Assembly (NCBI GenBank): GCA_042568285.1
Contig: JBHPIX010000004.1
Span: forward strand, 1 to 38,544
Length of the DNA stretch: 38,544 nucleotides
Direction: 5' to 3'
Origin: Patescibacteria group bacterium
GTDB lineage: Bacteria; Patescibacteriota; Patescibacteriia; JAZDEU01
The position numbers were made by a program, and so were the translations under genes. How positions within the stretch are numbered: position 1 is the first letter of the stretch; the number at the start of each line of letters is the position of its first letter. The notes beneath the pieces were generated by a model. That model had not been told where the DNA came from. It searched no databases and worked only from the letters and a program-made list of their open reading frames with translations. Of this stretch, positions 36,899-38,544 are shown one piece after another.

Positions 36899-37363
36899 TC
36901 AAATCTTATCTAATTCAGATAACCAATGACATAACATTGTCTTATCATCCTTAAAATAAAAATCGCCTTGAAAATTCTTACCTTGCAATAATAAAGGCAT
37001 CCAATGCTTATCATCAGGCCACATGAGAGAAAATGGAATATCGCTAACATTAAACCATTTTGGCCTCATTTCTTCTGTTTCAATAGGTTCTCCGTCATAC
37101 TGATCAGTAGTAAAAAGATGGACTTCTAAAATATCAGAATCTCCTTCAAACATAAAATTAAAAACTGCTCTTTTGCTGATATTTAATGGCTCTATGTTCG
37201 CTTCTTCCATTGTTTCCCTTATAGCCGCAGACTGTATTGATTCATTCTCTTGCAATTTTCCTCCAAAACCATTCCACTTGCCTTCGCCGAAACCTCTTTT
37301 CTTCATTCCAAGAAGAATTTGATTATTTTTATGTATTATTAAAAGTGTGCTTATTTTTTTCAT
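36899..37363 (-). CDS. NUDIX hydrolase, 8-oxo-dGTP diphosphatase (MTH1-like)
   Basis: LLGMKKRGFG.GKWNGFGGK...AAIRETMEE, MWPDD. Confidence 0.9.
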   Translation of the reverse strand: MKKISTLLIIHKNNQILLGMKKRGFGEGKWNGFGGKLQENESIQSAAIRETMEEANIEPLNISKRAVFNFMFEGDSDILEVHLFTTDQYDGEPIETEEMRPKWFNVSDIPFSLMWPDDKHWMPLLLQGKNFQGDFYFKDDKTMLCHWLSELDKI

Positions 37364-38261
37364 ATTTAAAAATTAAAATTCCAGCTAATAACATAAATAA
37401 AATAGCAACTACCTGAGTGCTACGGATACCAAAAATTAAAGGGACTGTATCAATTCTTATAAATTCAATTAGCGCTCTGCCAAAACTATATAAAAATATA
37501 TACCATAAAAATATATTTCCATAAGAATAGAAGCTTTCCCCTCGCACCGATGACAAGCAGTGACCGTCCTCGCCCCCCCCCTTTATAAGGCCTGCGCGCC
37601 GTGTTGGCGTGGGGGGATAAGGGGGGGTATTTCGCAACCTATAAAAATGCATCCATATCAATATAAGCCCAACTGCTAAACACCAAATTGATTCATAAAA
37701 AAATACTGGATGGAAATATGAAAATTCAGAAAAGTTACTAACACGATTAACAAATTCTATTGGCAATCCAATAAAAACTTTTGTTGGCAACCCATATAAT
37801 TCTTGGTTAAAATAGTTTCCCCATCTGCCAATCGCCTGCGCAAAAATTATTCCAGGCGCTAATAAATCTAATAAAAAACTAATTTTTTTCTTAGGAAAAT
37901 TTTTTCTTTTTGAATAAATTAAAAGTCCAGCAAATCCTCCATAAATAGCTCCATAAATCCATAACCCTCCATTCCAAATTTTAAAAACATCTAAAGGATG
38001 TAAAAAATAATAGTTCCATTCCGCAATTATATGAAAAACTCTTGCGCCAATAAGTCCGCCTATTAGCAAATATACTGACAAATCAATAAGGTTAACATCT
38101 TTTAAGACCTCTCCAATCATTAACTTATATTTTTTTAATAACCATTGACTAATAAAAAAAGCGATTAGAATACCAATCACTATCAAAAATCCATACCAGT
38201 AAACTTTTACTGGACCTAATTTGAATAAAATTGGTTGTGGGGTGTATGTATGTAGAAACAT
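37329..38261 (-). CDS. lgt: Prolipoprotein diacylglyceryl transferase with in-frame repeat-derived insertion
   Basis: WYG, GAR, GGLWIYG, QAIGRWGNYFNQELYG, HP.F.YES, EFIR; start reassigned to ATG 38261. Confidence 0.93.
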   Translation of the reverse strand: MFLHTYTPQPILFKLGPVKVYWYGFLIVIGILIAFFISQWLLKKYKLMIGEVLKDVNLIDLSVYLLIGGLIGARVFHIIAEWNYYFLHPLDVFKIWNGGLWIYGAIYGGFAGLLIYSKRKNFPKKKISFLLDLLAPGIIFAQAIGRWGNYFNQELYGLPTKVFIGLPIEFVNRVSNFSEFSYFHPVFFYESIWCLAVGLILIWMHFYRLRNTPPYPPTPTRRAGLIKGGGEDGHCLSSVRGESFYSYGNIFLWYIFLYSFGRALIEFIRIDTVPLIFGIRSTQVVAILFMLLAGILIFKYEKNKHTFNNT

Positions 38262-38281
38262 ACTAAGAATTATATCAATTA

Positions 38282-38381
38282 TGTCATCTCGCGCTTGACG
38301 CGGGATCCATTTCTTAAACAAATAGATTTCCCGTCTCGCTAAGGCAGAGCCGAGGCGGGCTCCACTTTGGTCGGAATGACA
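38282..38381. repeat. TGTCA-tagged paired element with nested 28-bp unit
   Basis: TGTCATCTCGCGCTTGACGCGGGATC...GGTCGGAATGACA. Confidence 0.82.
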
Positions 38382-38448
38382 ATTCACATTTTCCACTTCA
38401 GATAAAACGACAAAGCTCTCTACTCCTGAAAGCATACTCCAAACATTA

Positions 38449-38544
38449 TTATCTCTTCCTAAACTTGCATATCTCCCTTAATACATACTGATTCTCTCGC
38501 GAATAAATAACAGTTTCCCGTTTGCTAATCATATGCTTACCATA
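38449..38544 (-). CDS. Possible 3' end of an unidentified gene entering from beyond the window
   Basis: Open frame YGKHMISKRETVIYSRENQYVLREICKFRKR-stop. Confidence 0.35.
   Translation of the reverse strand, partial: YGKHMISKRETVIYSRENQYVLREICKFRKR

Noticed and set aside
38262-38435. 58-aa N-terminal extension of Lgt
   Set aside because: Translates a TGTCA repeat element; a typical Lgt start is at 38261.

Overview
AT-rich bacterial chromosomal segment in standard code 11. It most resembles a Patescibacteria/CPR (Parcubacteria-like) genome; this is inferred from SD-less core genes, DUF5671- and pilin-type genes and a stand-alone PEP/pyruvate-binding gene. Core genes are gyrA, nusA, lspA-gmk (one ORF), a TraR/DksA protein, pilT, rnc, nusB, rpmF, dnaA, dnaN, rplA, rplK, nusG, secE, lgt and four intact tRNAs (Val-GAC, Gly-GCC, Lys-CTT, Arg-TCG). 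Three accessory areas stand out. (1) After dnaN lies a split dikinase-like system: His-swivel genes sharing a conserved 3' end plus a stand-alone ATP-grasp gene. These are interleaved with promoter/operator-bearing cargo (two AAA+ DUF4143-type ATPases, a STAS-like gene, AbiEi/AbiEii). (2) A tRNA locus contains a small GIY-YIG nuclease gene surrounded by broken or duplicated tRNA pieces, with GC hairpins inserted right after TTCR in T-loops and an anticodon loop. (3) A duplicated [membrane protein + pilin] cassette has variable pilin heads. Intergenic DNA is full of several families of palindromic repeats and MITEs that insert into one another, into the probable L1 leader RNA and in-frame into lgt. 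All calls come from reading the sequence; no database searches were run.
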